A stretch of DNA of 62,999 nt, the filler included, from Intoshia linei (lineage: Eukaryota > Animalia > Orthonectida): assembly GCA_001642005.1 (NCBI GenBank). It is 5 parts of 5 records of this genome, joined end to end, with 100 filler letters (N's around TTAATTAATTAA, not from the genome) between each part and the next. Parts side by side here need not be neighbours in the genome. Positions count along the whole stretch, not along the records: positions 27,711 to 51,143 come from LWCA01000584.1; positions 51,244 to 52,769 come from LWCA01002586.1; positions 52,870 to 57,640 come from LWCA01001877.1; 2 more parts are not named here. The stretch is one strand, 5' to 3'. A program made the translations under genes and the position numbers. Each line of letters opens with the position of its first letter. The stretch's first letter is position 1. Positions 36,993 through 53,430 of this stretch are shown piece after piece. Under the pieces are notes generated by a model. It did not search any database, had not been told where the DNA came from, and worked only from the letters and a program-made list of their open reading frames with translations.

Positions 36993-37422
36993 AAATCACT
37001 AATTCATCATTTAATATCAAATTAGATACATCAATACACCGTTAGAACAAATTAACCAGTCAACAACAAATTTAAAATGTTAAATTTCAAATTACTAACG
37101 TTTAATCATAAATTTATTCTTACCTTTAGTAATTTTCAAATGTAAAAGAATTTGAACGATATTAAATCCCAATCAATAATTTGTATATTTTGCTTCTAAG
37201 AAATAAAAAGAATAAAGTTGTTACATGTTAATTAGAACTTTACTTTATTCATTTTAAATAATATATTTTACTTGGGTTAATTAATTTTAACTTTAATTCG
37301 TTTATAATTATTAATCGTGAAATATCAAGATTAATTATGTTTGCTATAGTGAAATTATGTTGCTACACAGTTTTACACGATAAAGATAAAATTTTTTATA
37401 CTAACAATATATTATCGTCAAA

Positions 37423-39639
37423 ATGGAAGCTGTAGCTCTAGTTAGGTAATATATTTAATCTTTTGGTTGAAAATTTCAATTTTTAATTTGTTATTGTTGA
37501 AATTCACATTTTTAGGTAATCTTTGACATAATAATTATCAAAAATATTGAATTTCATGAATTCTATCCACCATTATTTCACGCTAATTAGTGTATTTTAT
37601 TTATTATTGATTATTTATTTTAGTGGAGGTAAAGATAGTACGTTCAATATAATGAAATGCCTCGAATTAAAACCGGAAGTTAAAATAGTTGCTTTAGCTA
37701 ATTTATACCCGCCTCATGATCCAGAAGGTAATTTTTATTATAGAAAAATCTGAGTTTCCAGTGAATGATTTATATTACATATTTTTTTATTTATTTATTA
37801 GATGATATTTCAAGTTATATGTACCAAACGGTTGGTCATGAATTGATAGATTTGTATGGTCAAGCTATGGGAATTCCTTTATATAGGGCCCCAATAAGCG
37901 GGAGTGCTGTAGATAAGAATTTAAACTATACGCCAAATGACAAAGATGAAGTTGAAGATATGTATAAACTAATAAAGGATATTACAGTATGCTTTTTATT
38001 GTAAAAAATTTAAATAGTTAAAGTAATTTAAATTTTAGATAAAACACCCAAAAATTAAGTATGTTTTGGCTGGCGCTATACAATCAAGATATCAAACTTT
38101 CAGGGTTAGAGATGTGTATGTTTTGTATTATTAACTTTCTTAAATTATAATTATAATATACATAAGTATATCAGATGTCCCACATTTTTTCCACGGCGGA
38201 CCGGTAATGAATTGTAAAATTTATCGCGGACCATTTAATCGATATTACAATGCAACATTTAAAAAAAAATCTATAAAAACGTAATAAATTAACATTTAAT
38301 TAGTAAATTAATTTTTTTAAAATTATTTCGCAGACCGTAAAAATTTTAAATTTTAAGGACCGGCATTTGGGAAACACTGTTACAGTCAAAATCTCATTTA
38401 TAAAAATTGCAAAACGTTAAAATGGCATATTCGTTAAATGAATTTAACGAAAATATTAGAAATGTGCTACTGCACACATGTCTTAAATTTATCAAAATTA
38501 TATTTAATATGAAGATATAATTAAACTTTTTATTATAATAATATCAGCGCACTATCAAAAGAACGTAGTTTTTTGATAGTAAATTAGGCTGACCATATTT
38601 TTGTCGTACTAAAAGTAGTACTTTTATTGCTTAGAAACAAAATATGTTTTTGATTAATTTTTGATTAGAAAAATGAAAATTTAAGTTAAATTTCAATTTA
38701 TAAGTTTATTTAGTTTTGAAAAGTACTTCTGGTCGCACTACGTAAATTAAAAGATCGCAAAAAATAAGTAATATAACGCCAAATATATTAAATATTTAAT
38801 GAAATTTTGTAATTAATATTTAGTTAATAATATATTTTGTGTATGGAAATTGAAGTTTAGTAGTGTAACTATGTTACTAAATAAACTTCATAACTAAACT
38901 AAATATAATAAATTAATATTGGATAAAAAATATTCTCTGGTGTGAACACTAGAATATTTTCATTTTTTTGTAATATGGTATCTTAATATTTCAGTTTTAA
39001 CTTGGGTCTGTAGTCTAAATTAAATGAACTAGTTAATGAATTATTTAATTTAAACTTAAACAAAATAAATATGACATTTTGATTTACAATATTGTGAACG
39101 GACACGAATAATATCTTACATTGATAATTTATTATAATTTTATATATATAAAAAGATTCCATGACTTCTTAAAAGAGTCGATCTAATATTTAAAGCCATA
39201 AAACTATAACAATATTTTTAAAAAACTACTAAAAAAATAAAATAATATTGAATTTACGCGTTCGTTAATCAAAAATTCGTTAAATACCAGATATTTAGGC
39301 ATTTATATAGAAAATAAAATTTCGACATTCGTTAAATGAGATTTTGACTGTATATATTTTAAAACAGACATGGAAATTATTTATAATGCGTTTCTGATAG
39401 TATGTAATTCTGAATTTCAAGTTTAGTACATTTGTATTTCTTTTATTTTTTTAATGAGCCAGTAACGAGAGTTTTACAATCAAACATTTAGAAAACGGCC
39501 CATGACTCGAGGTTTATTATGTCATGTTTTATGAAAATGTAATATTTATTTTTTTGTCAAAATTAACGTTTTCAAATATTCATTGTCATTTTAGATGCAG
39601 CAGGTTGGGATTGGAACCATTATGCTTTTTGTGGGAAAG
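37423..39639 (+). CDS. DPH6: Diphthine--ammonia ligase, 5' half only
   Basis: MEAVALVSGGKDSTFN, IVALANL, SYMYQTVGHELIDLYGQAMGIPLYR, DEVEDMY, GAIQSRYQ..RVRDVCSRLGLEPLCFLWER. No downstream exons found. Confidence 0.9.
38172..38379. mobile_element. hAT-type MITE (DPH6 intron)
   Basis: CAGATGTCCCACA..GCGGACCGG ... GGACCGGCATTTGGGAAACACTG ends; no clean TSD. Confidence 0.55.
38383..39350. mobile_element. Tigger/pogo-type MITE with TA TSD
   Basis: TA|CAGTCAAAATCTCATTTA ... TAAATGAGATTTTGACTG|TA, a perfect 18-bp TIR. Confidence 0.85.
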
Positions 39640-39841
39640 GTTTATTTTTTAATTAAAAACATAATTTGCCTGTAAAACTGTTACCATACTCTATATTAGC
39701 CATTCTCAACGGGGTACACAGCAATTTTTTGGGGTACCTAAAAAAATTTATCGTTAAATGAATAAAAAAGTGAAAAATAATATTTCGGCAATGATTTCTA
39801 ATTTTTATCAGCATTACGCAATGCCGTCTCATACTCTACCA

Positions 39842-42800
39842 CAGGGGTGCACAACCTTCCCACCATTTTGGCCGCAAAGCTACTTTACTCATCGATACTA
39901 CGGCCGCACAAAAATTCAACACAAAATTGTTCCATTAAAAACCGATTAGTTGATAAATTGGAGTGGAAGACATAAACACAATAAAAATAAATATATATTA
40001 ATATTTAATAATTAAGATATCAGTGACTGTCTTGAATTTGTTTGTCTTTCGCCAACATTTTAAAATCGAACGGAATTGGAGAGAGCATCAATCTCAATGA
40101 TGATTCTAAGTTTGAGTCTTTTAAGCGTGATCTGTATTGATTTTTCAAATATTTCATGGAAGAAAATGCTGACGCACATAAATACGTACTGCCAAAGAGA
40201 ACGAGAATATTCCGAGCTAACTCACGAAGTGAAGAATATGCAAATGCAAACTTCCATATCTCCACCAGGTCAATGTTTTCATTAAATTTATTCTTTATCA
40301 ATTCATCGTTTTTAATTTCCAGCAATTCCATTTGGAATTCAAGAGGAGCGCTGACAATATCACACATAAAAGGAGCCGAAACTAGTTTTAATGTTTGTCA
40401 TATTTTTTAGTTTTCCAAATCTATCTTCAAAGTTTAGTAAAATTGAGTCAAACACAGAAGCGAATGTACTAGTAGGGATATCCTTCTCATCAATGATTTT
40501 TTCTTTGATGAAATAGCATAACTTTGGTAAATGAAAGTATTGTTTTTTCATAATGTTCTTCTAGAGAAAACGACACTTACTCATAAAGTCTTGAATTTTG
40601 CAGTACATTAGGCAGACGTTCATATTTTTGCCCTGCAAACACTCATTTAAGTGATTGATATAAGTGAAAACATCAACCTGAAAGGCCAAGGAAACAAGGA
40701 ATTTAGTATCATCAAGTAGACACTGTTTATAATTATATATTTATAATTAATATATNCCAACACTAAATTGTTCCATTAAAAACCGATTAGTTGATAAATT
40801 AGAGTAGAAGACATAAACACAATAAAAATAAATATATATTAATAATTAAGATATCAGTGACTGCCTTGATTTTGTTTGTCTTTCGCCAACATTTTAAAAT
40901 CGACCGGAATTAGAGAGCGCATCAATCTCAATGATGAGTCTAAGTTTGAGTCTTTTAAGCGTAATCTGTATTGATTTTTCAAATATTTCATGAAAGAAAA
41001 CGCTGACTCACATAAATACGTAATTCAAAAGGAGCGCTGTCAATATCACACATAAAAAGAACCAAAACTAGTTTTAATATATTTGTGATAATTTTTAGTT
41101 CTCCAAATCAATCTTCAAAGTTTAGTAAAATTAAGTCAAACACAGAAGCGAATGTACTAGTAGGGATATCCTTCTCATCAATGATTTTTTCTTTGATGAA
41201 ATAGTATAACTTTGGTAAATGAAAGTATTGTTTTTTCATGATGTTACCCTGGAGAAAACGACACTTATTCATAAAGTCTTGAATTTTGCGGTACATTAGG
41301 CAGACGTTCATATTTTTACCCTGCAAACACTAATTTAAGTTATTGATATAAGTGAAAACATCAACCTGAAAGGCCAAGGAAACAAGGAATTTAGTATCAT
41401 CAAGTGGACACTGTTTATCTTTACCTTTATAAAAATTCTAAATTTCAAGTCAAAGATTCAATACACGACGCATTGTTTCACCTTGAGATAACCAACGAAC
41501 TGGGACGTGGTATAAAACATCTTCAACAGATATTTTACTATCATTGATAATAGCACGAAACTGGCAGTGTCGTATGGAATTGCTTCGTATATATATTATT
41601 ATTTGTTTTACTTTGTCCAATGTGTCACTAAAATCCGTTGATTTAGCGCAGAGTGCCTCTTGGTGGGTTATACAGTGAATATTTGTCACACTTTTATTTT
41701 TGTATTTTACACCAACATATTCAGTCAAACGTGCAACGAATCCTTGCTTTCTACCAATCATAGCAGGAGCGCCGTCACTACAAATGCCCCTCAGATTTTT
41801 CATGTCTAGATTTGAATCTCGACAGGATTTCTTTACAGCTTCAAATATGTCTACCCCACATGCGATTCCACGTAATGTCTCCATTGATAAAAGGTCTTCA
41901 TGTGTTATAAAATCTGAGGATAAGCTACGAACAAATATCAGTAATTGTGCCGAGTCACATATATCGGTCGATTCATCAACGGCTAATGAGAAAATAGATT
42001 TTGAATTTAATACTGTTGTAATTAGCGATTGTTTAAGTTGTTTGGAGATAGAACATTGACGACGTTGAATTGTTACACGTGAGAGAGGAATTTCGGCGAA
42101 ATCGCTTTCTTTGCCTGGGTTAATTAATTTAACTGTTTCCACAATTTCACCATCCATATATGATCTTCCTGCAACACCAAGAATATTCGCCACTTTATAT
42201 GAAGCCTCGACACGCATATTCGGTAGACTTAAAAATCTGTAGAAAGTGATTTTGCGCTGATTAAAATTTTTCTTTAAATTCTCTATACAAGTTTTTCGTG
42301 AATCTCCATCCATCTTTGCATCGCTGTCGTTTAAATGGCGTCAATAGTGCTGTTTTGCGTTGTCACCTTTTATTGTTTTGATAACTTGTTCGCATATGAG
42401 GCATACCATAGTATGGTTGGTAGTCTCAATCATAAAATAATTCAATTCCCAATTGGAATTAAAACTCCTTTTCTCATCTGATAAAGTACGTCTCTTTTTC
42501 ATGATTGATAATAAATTTAATAGTTTAGTATATTTTACACAAAATAAACTTTTTAATAAACTATTTATCTATGATGACGAATAAAAATTTTCAGCTTAAA
42601 ACTTATTTCAAATAAACTAAAAGTGATAGTAGGTATTTTTCTGACAACTTTATCTTAATCATTTCACATTAATCACATCTATAGAAATGTGTAACATTAC
42701 ACACTTTCTGGCAACTATATATGGCAATTATAATTATAATAATACAAAATACATAAGTATTTTGTATCATTTTAAACGAAGTTGTTTTGACATTTCCAAA

Positions 42801-42991
42801 TCTTAAAGCCAATTTGAGAAACTAGGGCAAAGTAAAAAATTTAACTTTGATTCAAATGTTTTAAATTTCCCTTGAATAAAATTTGATTTAAACTTTTCTA
42901 TTTTAAGTAAAATGATATATTGCATTATGATTACATGAATTTCCCACGGCCATACAAAAACGCTCTCACGGCCGCAGGTTGTGCACCCCTG
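39842..42991 (-). mobile_element. hAT-Charlie (GTF2IRD2/SPIN-like) transposon, composite of two copies, decayed transposase
   Basis: Perfect 16-bp TIRs CAGGGGTGCACAACCT. Transposase from ATG 42502: CLIC..HY, FSLAVDESTDICDSAQLLIFVR, CSDGAPAMIG, IHCITHQEALC, VRWLS, FGSTYLCASAFSSMKYLKNQYRSRL. Several premature stops and frameshifts. Confidence 0.92.
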
Positions 42992-43324
42992 CATTAGAAC
43001 CAATGAAAAAATGAAAATAGTTTGATTTTCATTCCACTTAATCAATATTTGTAGGTCATTTCATTTCATATAACTAATAGTAACGATAGAGGAACATTAA
43101 TGTAACTATCGTTATCATCAATCATTCTAGAATGAATATATTATGTTAATTCATTCTCTACATAAAATATAATGTTTGGTATAAGTTTCTAGTAGTAAAC
43201 TATTGAAGTTACTGCTAGTATTTAATATCATTATCTCGTTACGAAATGTATTTATAACTTCATTTTTATAAGTTATACACCCGATTACGCTACTCTAATA
43301 ATTAACCATTATTATGATCATTAA

Positions 43325-43540
43325 CCTTTTCACTGTCTGATGCAATTTTATGTATTATCAACACACGTCTGGAATTTATGTCTTAATTTAAACTTGTATT
43401 ATTTTTAAATTACCTATGTGAAAATGTATGAAAATAAAAGAATAAAGTTTTTCAAAATTATGCTGTGTATATCGTAGAATACACAGACGTGTAAAGTGAA
43501 ATTGCTGTGTATAGTATAGAATACACAGACAGTGAAAAGG
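43325..43540. mobile_element. piggyBac-type MITE (216 bp) with TTAA TSD
   Basis: TTAA|CCTTTTCACTGTCTG ... CAGACAGTGAAAAGG|TTAA, perfect 15-bp TIR; duplicated subterminal GCTGTGTAT..AGAATACACAGAC. Confidence 0.88.
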
Positions 43541-44700
43541 TTAATTAAGAAAAAAATAAAATGTTTTATAATCTAAGTCTTTTAATTTGTACCGAAAAAT
43601 CTATAGTATAATTATAATATTAGTCATTTTAAATTATAATTTAACGGAATTTTTATAATTCAGAAAAATTTAGTTATTCAGGAATTTTTTTCCGTTAGCG
43701 AGGAATTCCGTTAAATATAATTAGCTTGTATATATTAATATGTTGGAATTTAGTATAGTGACGTCTCTACCATTTCCACGAAAAATGTTACTTATGTTGA
43801 ACATTATACACAATTTTTAACTCAGCCCGTTCATATCCATTTGTCAGTATTTTTAAAAGTTTTGTTCGCCAGAGCTAGTTTCAGTATTCTGATACAAACT
43901 ATATACCTATATACATACTATATATGATACCTATCTGAATAAAAATTTTGTTAAATTTAAAAAATGTACTAATATACAATTAAATATTTAACGATTTTCA
44001 CATGGGACCAATTTTTAGTCCATCATGTCATCATCACCATATCCACCGGAATGGATAATATTTTTATCTCTAAATTACTTTCCAATCGATCGCCTACAAT
44101 CTCGGTCTTGTTTTACATTAACATCATTTTTAAACTATATTCGAAGATAAAATTGAATGTTTAATATACATTGTATATGTGTGTTACACTTATTAAAAAG
44201 ATTAACACCCTTACCATTTAAAAAAACCAATTTTCAATACATTTTTCCAAGAGTGATGTTATTGTAAATTTAATTTACAGAAATTGTGAATCTTCAGGTC
44301 AAAACCACAATTTTTTTATTTCTCTTTTTTTAAATAAAACACCACTAGAAAATTAAAAAAACATAAATTCTGGGACGCTTTTTGTTTTAAATGTTAAATT
44401 CTATTCTAAAACCTTACATTTTCAAAATATGAATCACCTTAGTACAAATGTAAATCAAAGTGGGATTGCTGCGGTAATCCCACTCTTGGTCGATAATAAC
44501 TTGAATTTATAACACGATTTGTAAAATATAAAAATAAATGTATACTTTAAAGAAAACTGTATATAATTATATATAAATACACACAAGTGTATATTTATAT
44601 ACTGTTCATTCAACTCTTGATGGTATTATTGTAAATATCGATAGTCTGCATATATAAATATATCATTTTCATACATTTTTAATTTAAATCTTTAGTCAAA

Positions 44701-46332
44701 ATGTGTTCATTACCTAATAAAGTAGCTTTAATAACAGGTACATGATAAATCCCAATTTTAACTTAACAAATAAATTAATTAATTTTATTGTAGGAGCAAG
44801 CTCTGGTATTGGTGAAGCCACTGCCTTTCTATTTGCAAGGTCAGGGGTACGACTAGCTATAACTGGTCGAAATAAAGACGCTTTAAAAATTGTATCCGAT
44901 AAATGTATAGAGTTGTCGAAAGATAAATTGAAACCACTAGTCATTGTCGCAGACATGGCTTTAAAAGCTGACATTGAAAATTTAATTTCAAAAGTGATTT
45001 ATCATTACGACCAACTTGACATTCTAGTAATTTTTTTACATTTAATTATCTCCTCATTAGGCCCACCTAGCCCCTCTTCACGCCTCTCGCCGTATTGTCC
45101 AATTTTTGTAATATAGTCTTTAATTTTAGTTTAATCAAAATATCTGAGAATATATTTTATTCCAATGTAAAACCTTGTCATTTACCGACACATAACGACC
45201 GATAATTTTATTTTTTTACAATTAAGAAAGGAAAAGTTTTTGAAAAGGAAATTGATAATAAAAAATAAAATAATGTACTCATTACATGAAAAAAATTAAA
45301 GCGAACTCAGATCCGAACTTACCAAACTCGAGATCACCGTTCATCAAAAAAAAGCCCCTAAAAACCACAAACCGATGTATAATGCTATATAGCTCAACCA
45401 TCTCTCCATAGGTCTGGAACTAGAGTCAAATTTGTCACAAAAAAAGTTGATATTCAAAAATATACTTAAAAATTTTTTAATTTTCAATTTTCAAAAACAA
45501 CGACCCAAAGAGAGATATCAGGTACGGTTCGATCTTGGTGAATTGAAAAAAATTATGAGGTTAAATTAGAGCGATACCGTTTTATATTTGATTAAATATT
45601 TAAAAAAGGTAAACTGTGCCGGGATAATCGGCACAGGCTCACTTGAAACCGAATCTTTGGAACAATACGACAATATAATGAATATTAATTTGCGGTATCT
45701 ATTATTTGAATAACAAAAATTATTATTAATTTGTAGATCAGTATTTTATTTATCACAATTATCGATACCTCATTTGAAAATAACAAAAGGTAACATAGTA
45801 AATGTGTCTAGTGTTACTGGTATAAGATCGGTAAAAGTAAAATAATTGATTTATTTATAAAAAAATATAGTTTCCCGGCATAATGAGTTACTGTCTATCA
45901 AAATCAGCGATAGATCAAATGACAAAATGCGCCGCTTTAGGTAATTTCAAGTTTAAATATACAGACAATTTTTATTATCCATAGAACTGGCAAAATATCA
46001 AATTCGAGTTAATGCCATCAAGTAAGACATTGATATCTTTAATTAAATTTTAGTCCTGGTGTAATCATCAGCAATGTACACAAAAGAGGAGGTATGTCAG
46101 AGGAACAATACACAAAGGTACAAAAATAAAATCTTCAAATTTTATAAGTTATAATTATTCCATTATTCAGTTTTTGGAACATTCGAAAAGTACTCATCCT
46201 CTAGGGAGAGTTGGCCAAGCTAGTGAAGCTGCCTCTGCTATAGCATTTTTATCAGATAACTTTGCATCGTCGTTTATTACTGGTGCTACGATACCTGTTG
46301 ATGGAGGAAGGCATGCCACGTGTGCTAGATGA
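44701..46332 (+). CDS. Classical short-chain dehydrogenase/reductase (FabG-like) SDR-1, multi-exon
   Basis: KVALITGASSGIG, VNCAG, GNIVNVSS, YCLSK catalytic motif, IRVNAINPG, THPLGRVG, SSFITGATIPVDGGRH; stop at 46330-46332. Confidence 0.93.
45300..45550 (+). repeat. Dispersed repeat family B (SDR-1 intron)
   Basis: CAGATCCGAACTTACCAAACTCGAGATCACCG core. Confidence 0.6.
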
Positions 46333-46913
46333 TTTTGTTACAGTTTAATTTAAAATACATTTTAATTTAATTTTTTTTAAAATTAAGCCACAAATCAGTG
46401 GTCCCAATCGGATTTCAAAATACACAACATGTTTTCTGAAAATCTGATCTGATTAAAAAAAATTTCAAAATATTAATTCCAAATATTTCGTCCATTAGTA
46501 TATTGCAGGAATGCCCAACCTGTCGATCGAAGATGATTTTCTAGTCAATCGCCATATTAAAAAATTATAATAAATTTTTAATTTTAATAATACTTTAATT
46601 TAGGATTTAAGTAGAAATCCCTTTATCTATAAATTTAATTTAATCATTTATCTTTTATTTATTTATTGTGTTTCTAGAGTGGAGGATTTTTCTGTGTTGA
46701 ATAATGTAATTATATATAACGAACAATTTAATGATTCAAAGTGGAGGTCCCTATGTAATGTAGTACATTTGATTGGTTGACACGAATAAAATTTGACCAA
46801 TTAAAGCTCAATTGATAAAATCAGTATATAAAAAAAATAATTATTTTCAAAGATGATACAAATAAGATGGGTGTATACATTTATACATGTATATGTAAAA
46901 TATATTTATATAA

Positions 46914-47419
46914 TTAAAGGAACTGAGACAAATCAGTATTGATCGTACCACTACCGTCAAGTTGTCCCGCCAGACTACCATCGAGCTGTCCAGATAAACT
47001 GCCAATTTGGCCAGTAATTGTATCGACTTCTTGAAAGGCCGTTCCAATTAATTGAGTTGTATACACATAAATAAAGTATATGCCGACAATCAATGCAATG
47101 ATTGTAATCAAAATTCCACTCAGTGAAAACGCTAAAGAAATTTTGCCATTTCTTCTTGCGTCTTCCATATTATTGTCGTCAGCAGCAGACGAAGACATGA
47201 CAGAGAATATGATTGCAATAATTCCTAATGTTTAAATATATATATAAAAAAATAATCATTATACAAAAATGTAAATAATAAACCAAATATAATGTTACAA
47301 CATATTGTAACACATATAGCAAACGCTAAATAACTGGATGGTCGAACATTATTCTGAACTATTACTGTAGTTTGTCCTGGTGGAGGTTGGTATTGTGGGA
47401 ATGGTTCTACTTGTGCCAT
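46914..47419 (-). CDS. CD225/dispanin family membrane protein (PRRT/IFITM-like), 2 exons
   Basis: Pro/Gln-rich N-terminus; PSSYLAFAICVTICCNIIFGIIAIIFSVMS...EDARRNGKISLAFSLSGILITII. Confidence 0.88.
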
Positions 47420-47656
47420 TATTTAAAAATACGTATTACGCAATATATTTAATGTTAATATTTACAATAACCACGAAACCTGTGAACTACATACTCAATT
47501 ATGTAACAGTTGAACTGTTGTATATTATAATAGCAAATAACACACAAAATAATATATTTACACGTTAATATATTTCTATGTTTTTAACAATTTATTTAAT
47601 TGTGTCAAATAATAAAGATTCATGGTTGTACATTGTACAAGTGGTTTTAGTTGTAA

Positions 47657-47926
47657 TCATTTTAGAGTGTGTTGTCTTCCACCGTCAATGAACAAAGATT
47701 CTCCGGTTATAAAGGAAGATTTATCGTTGTCTGCCAAAAACGATATTGCCGATACCACATCCCCTGGTTGGCCATGTTTACCTATTGGGTATTTATCCTT
47801 AGATTTACTAAGGTACTAATTTCTTTATTTAAAATTCAATGCAATTTAAAAAATATAAAAACCTCTCTATATTCAGCTTCAGGTAATCCTTCCATCAGGT
47901 GTATATTCGTTTCTATTAAACCTGGA
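47657..47926 (-). CDS. Second copy of the last two SDR-2 exons (intact frame and splice sites)
   Basis: AG|T-PGLIETNIHLMEGLPEAEYRE|GT..AG|[52 protein letters not shown]. No upstream exons of its own. Confidence 0.8.
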
Positions 47927-48439
47927 CTAACTTTTTTAATTGTGAATATATAGTCATTTACTTTACACAGTTTACCCTTATTTTATCCTTTGATAAATCT
48001 ATATTTATATAGATAATTTGTGTTTTATATGTGTTAAATAAAAATAAATGAATACCAAAGTGCTTTTTGAGGTTGTGATTTATGATAATACTGATGATTT
48101 TAAAAACTATCCAATAATTTGTTTTTTTTAATTTTTGGGTTGATTTTTTTTAAAAAAAGAAAAGAAGACAAGTTGGGTTTGACTCTGAAGGACTCAATTT
48201 TGGATGATGAAATATACATTGTATACATAAACACGACCCGAAAAAAACTATTCGATAGTTTTTTTGAAATTCTACGATTGTTAATTTTTTAAATAAAGGG
48301 TAACACACAGACATTCAACTTTATATAAATAAAGGAAATAAATGTTTATAATACATTGTATTTTTTGGATACCAATATTTCAATAAAGGCATTTAAATTT
48401 AAATTATAATTTTTGGAATTAATGTAATTCTATTTGTTT

Positions 48440-50699
<2,260 letters not shown>

Positions 50700-51143
50700 A
50701 TTTTATTTTTAAATAATAATTATTCAATATACAATGTATTACTGGTTGTTTTTCAAAATAACTTCATGTTAACCTTATTTTTTTAAATCTATTAAAATGC
50801 TATTTCTTATAACAAGTAGTCTTACCATAACGCACACTAATTTTGTGTTGTTATCGTAAATCGCGTTATAGTAAGTTTTAAACATCAATAAAATTGTTTA
50901 TTATTACGTGACACTATTGAAACATGTATCACGATAAATATTTTATAGTTATCTTTTTATTTGATCAAATTCAAAATAATTAGATATGTTTTTATAAAGA
51001 AAATAATTTTATTTTTTAAAAAACAATGAAATAACTATTATTTGTACGCTGTTAAATTGTTTATTCACTAGGGGTGTGAACGAATTTTTATATCAAAAGT
51101 ACACCCTTCCACCATATGAATATTTTGAAAATATTCAATTTGC

Positions 51144-51243
51144 NNNNNNNNNNNNNNNNNNNNNNNNNNNNNNNNNNNNNNNNNNNNTTAATTAATTAAN
51201 NNNNNNNNNNNNNNNNNNNNNNNNNNNNNNNNNNNNNNNNNNN
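51144..51243. other. Assembly gap linker
   Basis: N44-TTAATTAATTAA-N44. Confidence 0.97.
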
Positions 51244-52612
51244 ACATTGAAGTGTCAGCTCGAGTTGTCTTTTTAATTACAAATCTCATATCTTTAAAAA
51301 AACGAAAATGGGAACCAAGGATTAAAGCGGAAGGTCCTAAATTGCTAGCAGAGGTAAACCAGGATATTGCAGACGAAAAGCATGAAAAATTAAAAAAGGA
51401 TAAGGAATTGATTTTAAATATGAAAAGATATAAAAATAATGTACCTCAGAAACATTCTTCGTCTAATGAATATAATAAAATGACTAAAGCAACTTTAGAA
51501 AAGAGTGGAAACCCATTTGCTATGAGTAAAGATAAAAAAACCTCCAGCTTTGAAAGCAGCAGAAAATCTGTTAAAATGGAAAGTAAATCCGTGGAATCTG
51601 GTAAATCAAGTAAATTAACAATAGGTGAGTATTGTTCGGATATTCGGGATTATGTATCAAATAATATTGAATTGACGTCCATTATGAATATATGTAAAGG
51701 TATCCCCCCTTCCTATCTAAAAGAAATTTTTGAAACTATCATTACGAAATATCTAGAAGATTCAAAAGTAAATCCAGTTAAAATGGTAACGGAACTCTTT
51801 ATCCAATTAAACCCGAGTTTAAATTTTAAATCCATTGATATAATGTCATGTCTTCAGACAATTTTGAAGGAAATACATGACACTATTAGTGATTGCCCTA
51901 ATATTGTCATATGTTTTGCCTATATTATGAAGTTTGCAGAGAAGGTTTTAACTAATAATCAAATTGACGAATTATTTAAATGTGTCGATGAAGATTTTAG
52001 ACGGGACTTTTTCCTTAAAATGTTTAAATATTTGAAAGAAGATTTGGTAAAATTTATGTACACTATTTTTAATTTTCAACTTAGGAACTTTATTCTCTTT
52101 TAAAAAAGGTGCTAGTTTCGGCAATTTGTATTTTGACTCTTGAAAAGTTTATTGGCTTGTTGATTGATAATTCACTTTTCGAAGTTATTCTATTTTCTAT
52201 AATTTGGAATTTATGCGAGCCATCCAAAAATATAACCACTCAATTAATTGATGTAATTTTAGTTATAATTTATTATGCCTGATAATGATAATTTGTTTAT
52301 ATTTTATTTTTTTAGCATGTTAAAAATAACTCTTTTGAAAGATATAGCGGGTTAATTGAAAATAGACGTAATTTTTTTTACTATTTAGATTGTTAATACA
52401 TTTAAAAATTAGTTCACTCAAAATTACTTCCATATGCAACTACAATTATTAAAAAAATTTTATCTGTAGATTCAAAATTGCTGTATGCATTGGTACGAAT
52501 TATTAGTTGGTATAAAAATTTGGATCAAATTTTATCCGAAAATTTACGACTTGTGCTGGATCCTAAATCTATGAAAGAGCTTAAAATTCCTGCGCCGCGT
52601 CGTAAGAAATAA
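51244..52612 (+). CDS. eIF4G-like protein, 3' part (end of MIF4G, linker, divergent MA3-like helical region)
   Basis: VSARVVFLITNLISLKKRKWEPRIKAEGPKLLAEVNQD resembles the eIF4G motif SSRIRFML.D..DLR..NWVPR....GPKTI.QIH. Later DTISDCPNI resembles MA3 D..ID.P. The 5' end is lost in the gap. Confidence 0.7.
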
Positions 52613-52769
52613 ATTGGTTGAAAATGATAGTTGTCTATTTATATTAATAAAGTAATTTATTTGTTATTATTGATATTTATTCATTTTCAAAGTTTAATTA
52701 TTGATCTATACATTGTAAAGGGTGTTCCAATAGCTTGGAACGATGTTAAATGCTTATTAGGCTTACATT

Positions 52770-52869
52770 NNNNNNNNNNNNNNNNNNNNNNNNNNNNNNN
52801 NNNNNNNNNNNNNTTAATTAATTAANNNNNNNNNNNNNNNNNNNNNNNNNNNNNNNNNNNNNNNNNNNN
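52770..52869. other. Assembly gap linker
   Basis: N44-TTAATTAATTAA-N44. Confidence 0.97.
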
Positions 52870-53099
52870 CCACTCTATCCATCTAAAATCGTTTTTTGGG
52901 TATACAGTGTTTTTATAATCGCCCCCTAACGGACCCGTTGATAATGTTTTTTATTATAAAAACTAAATTCCGTTAACAAGGTTGTTACTATGGGGAAAAT
53001 TCCATATTAACGGAATTTGCAATTCCGCACCTTATTGATAATAATAATTTTAAATTGTTCAGAAGACCATACTTTCCCCACTTCTGTCCTAAATTAACC

Positions 53100-53430
53100 T
53101 TGTTTTAAAAATGAAGAGTTCTACATTTTTTAAAAAATAAATTTTATGATAGTTTTTAAAATCATAAGCATTATCATAAATAGCAAAACATTTTGATGGA
53201 TGTTTTTATTTTAATTTTAAATATACATTAACACAGAGTTTTACTTTTGTATTCAATTTCTCATTTTTAAAAACTTTTTAATGGATATTTATCTACACAT
53301 TTCCAATACAGAAATATTGATGAAAATCTGTATAATTCATTCCTTGGGATTTTGAAGTGCTTAGTTATTATATAAGTGCCCTGGGCAACACTGGGTGCTG
53401 TTTGTACGTAGTATAAAACAGCCAAACTAG
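53100..53430 (+). mobile_element. Helitron family A, 3' part
   Basis: GTGCCCTGGGCAACACTGGGTGCTGTTTGTACGTAGTATAAAACAGCCAAACTAG|T. Confidence 0.7.
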
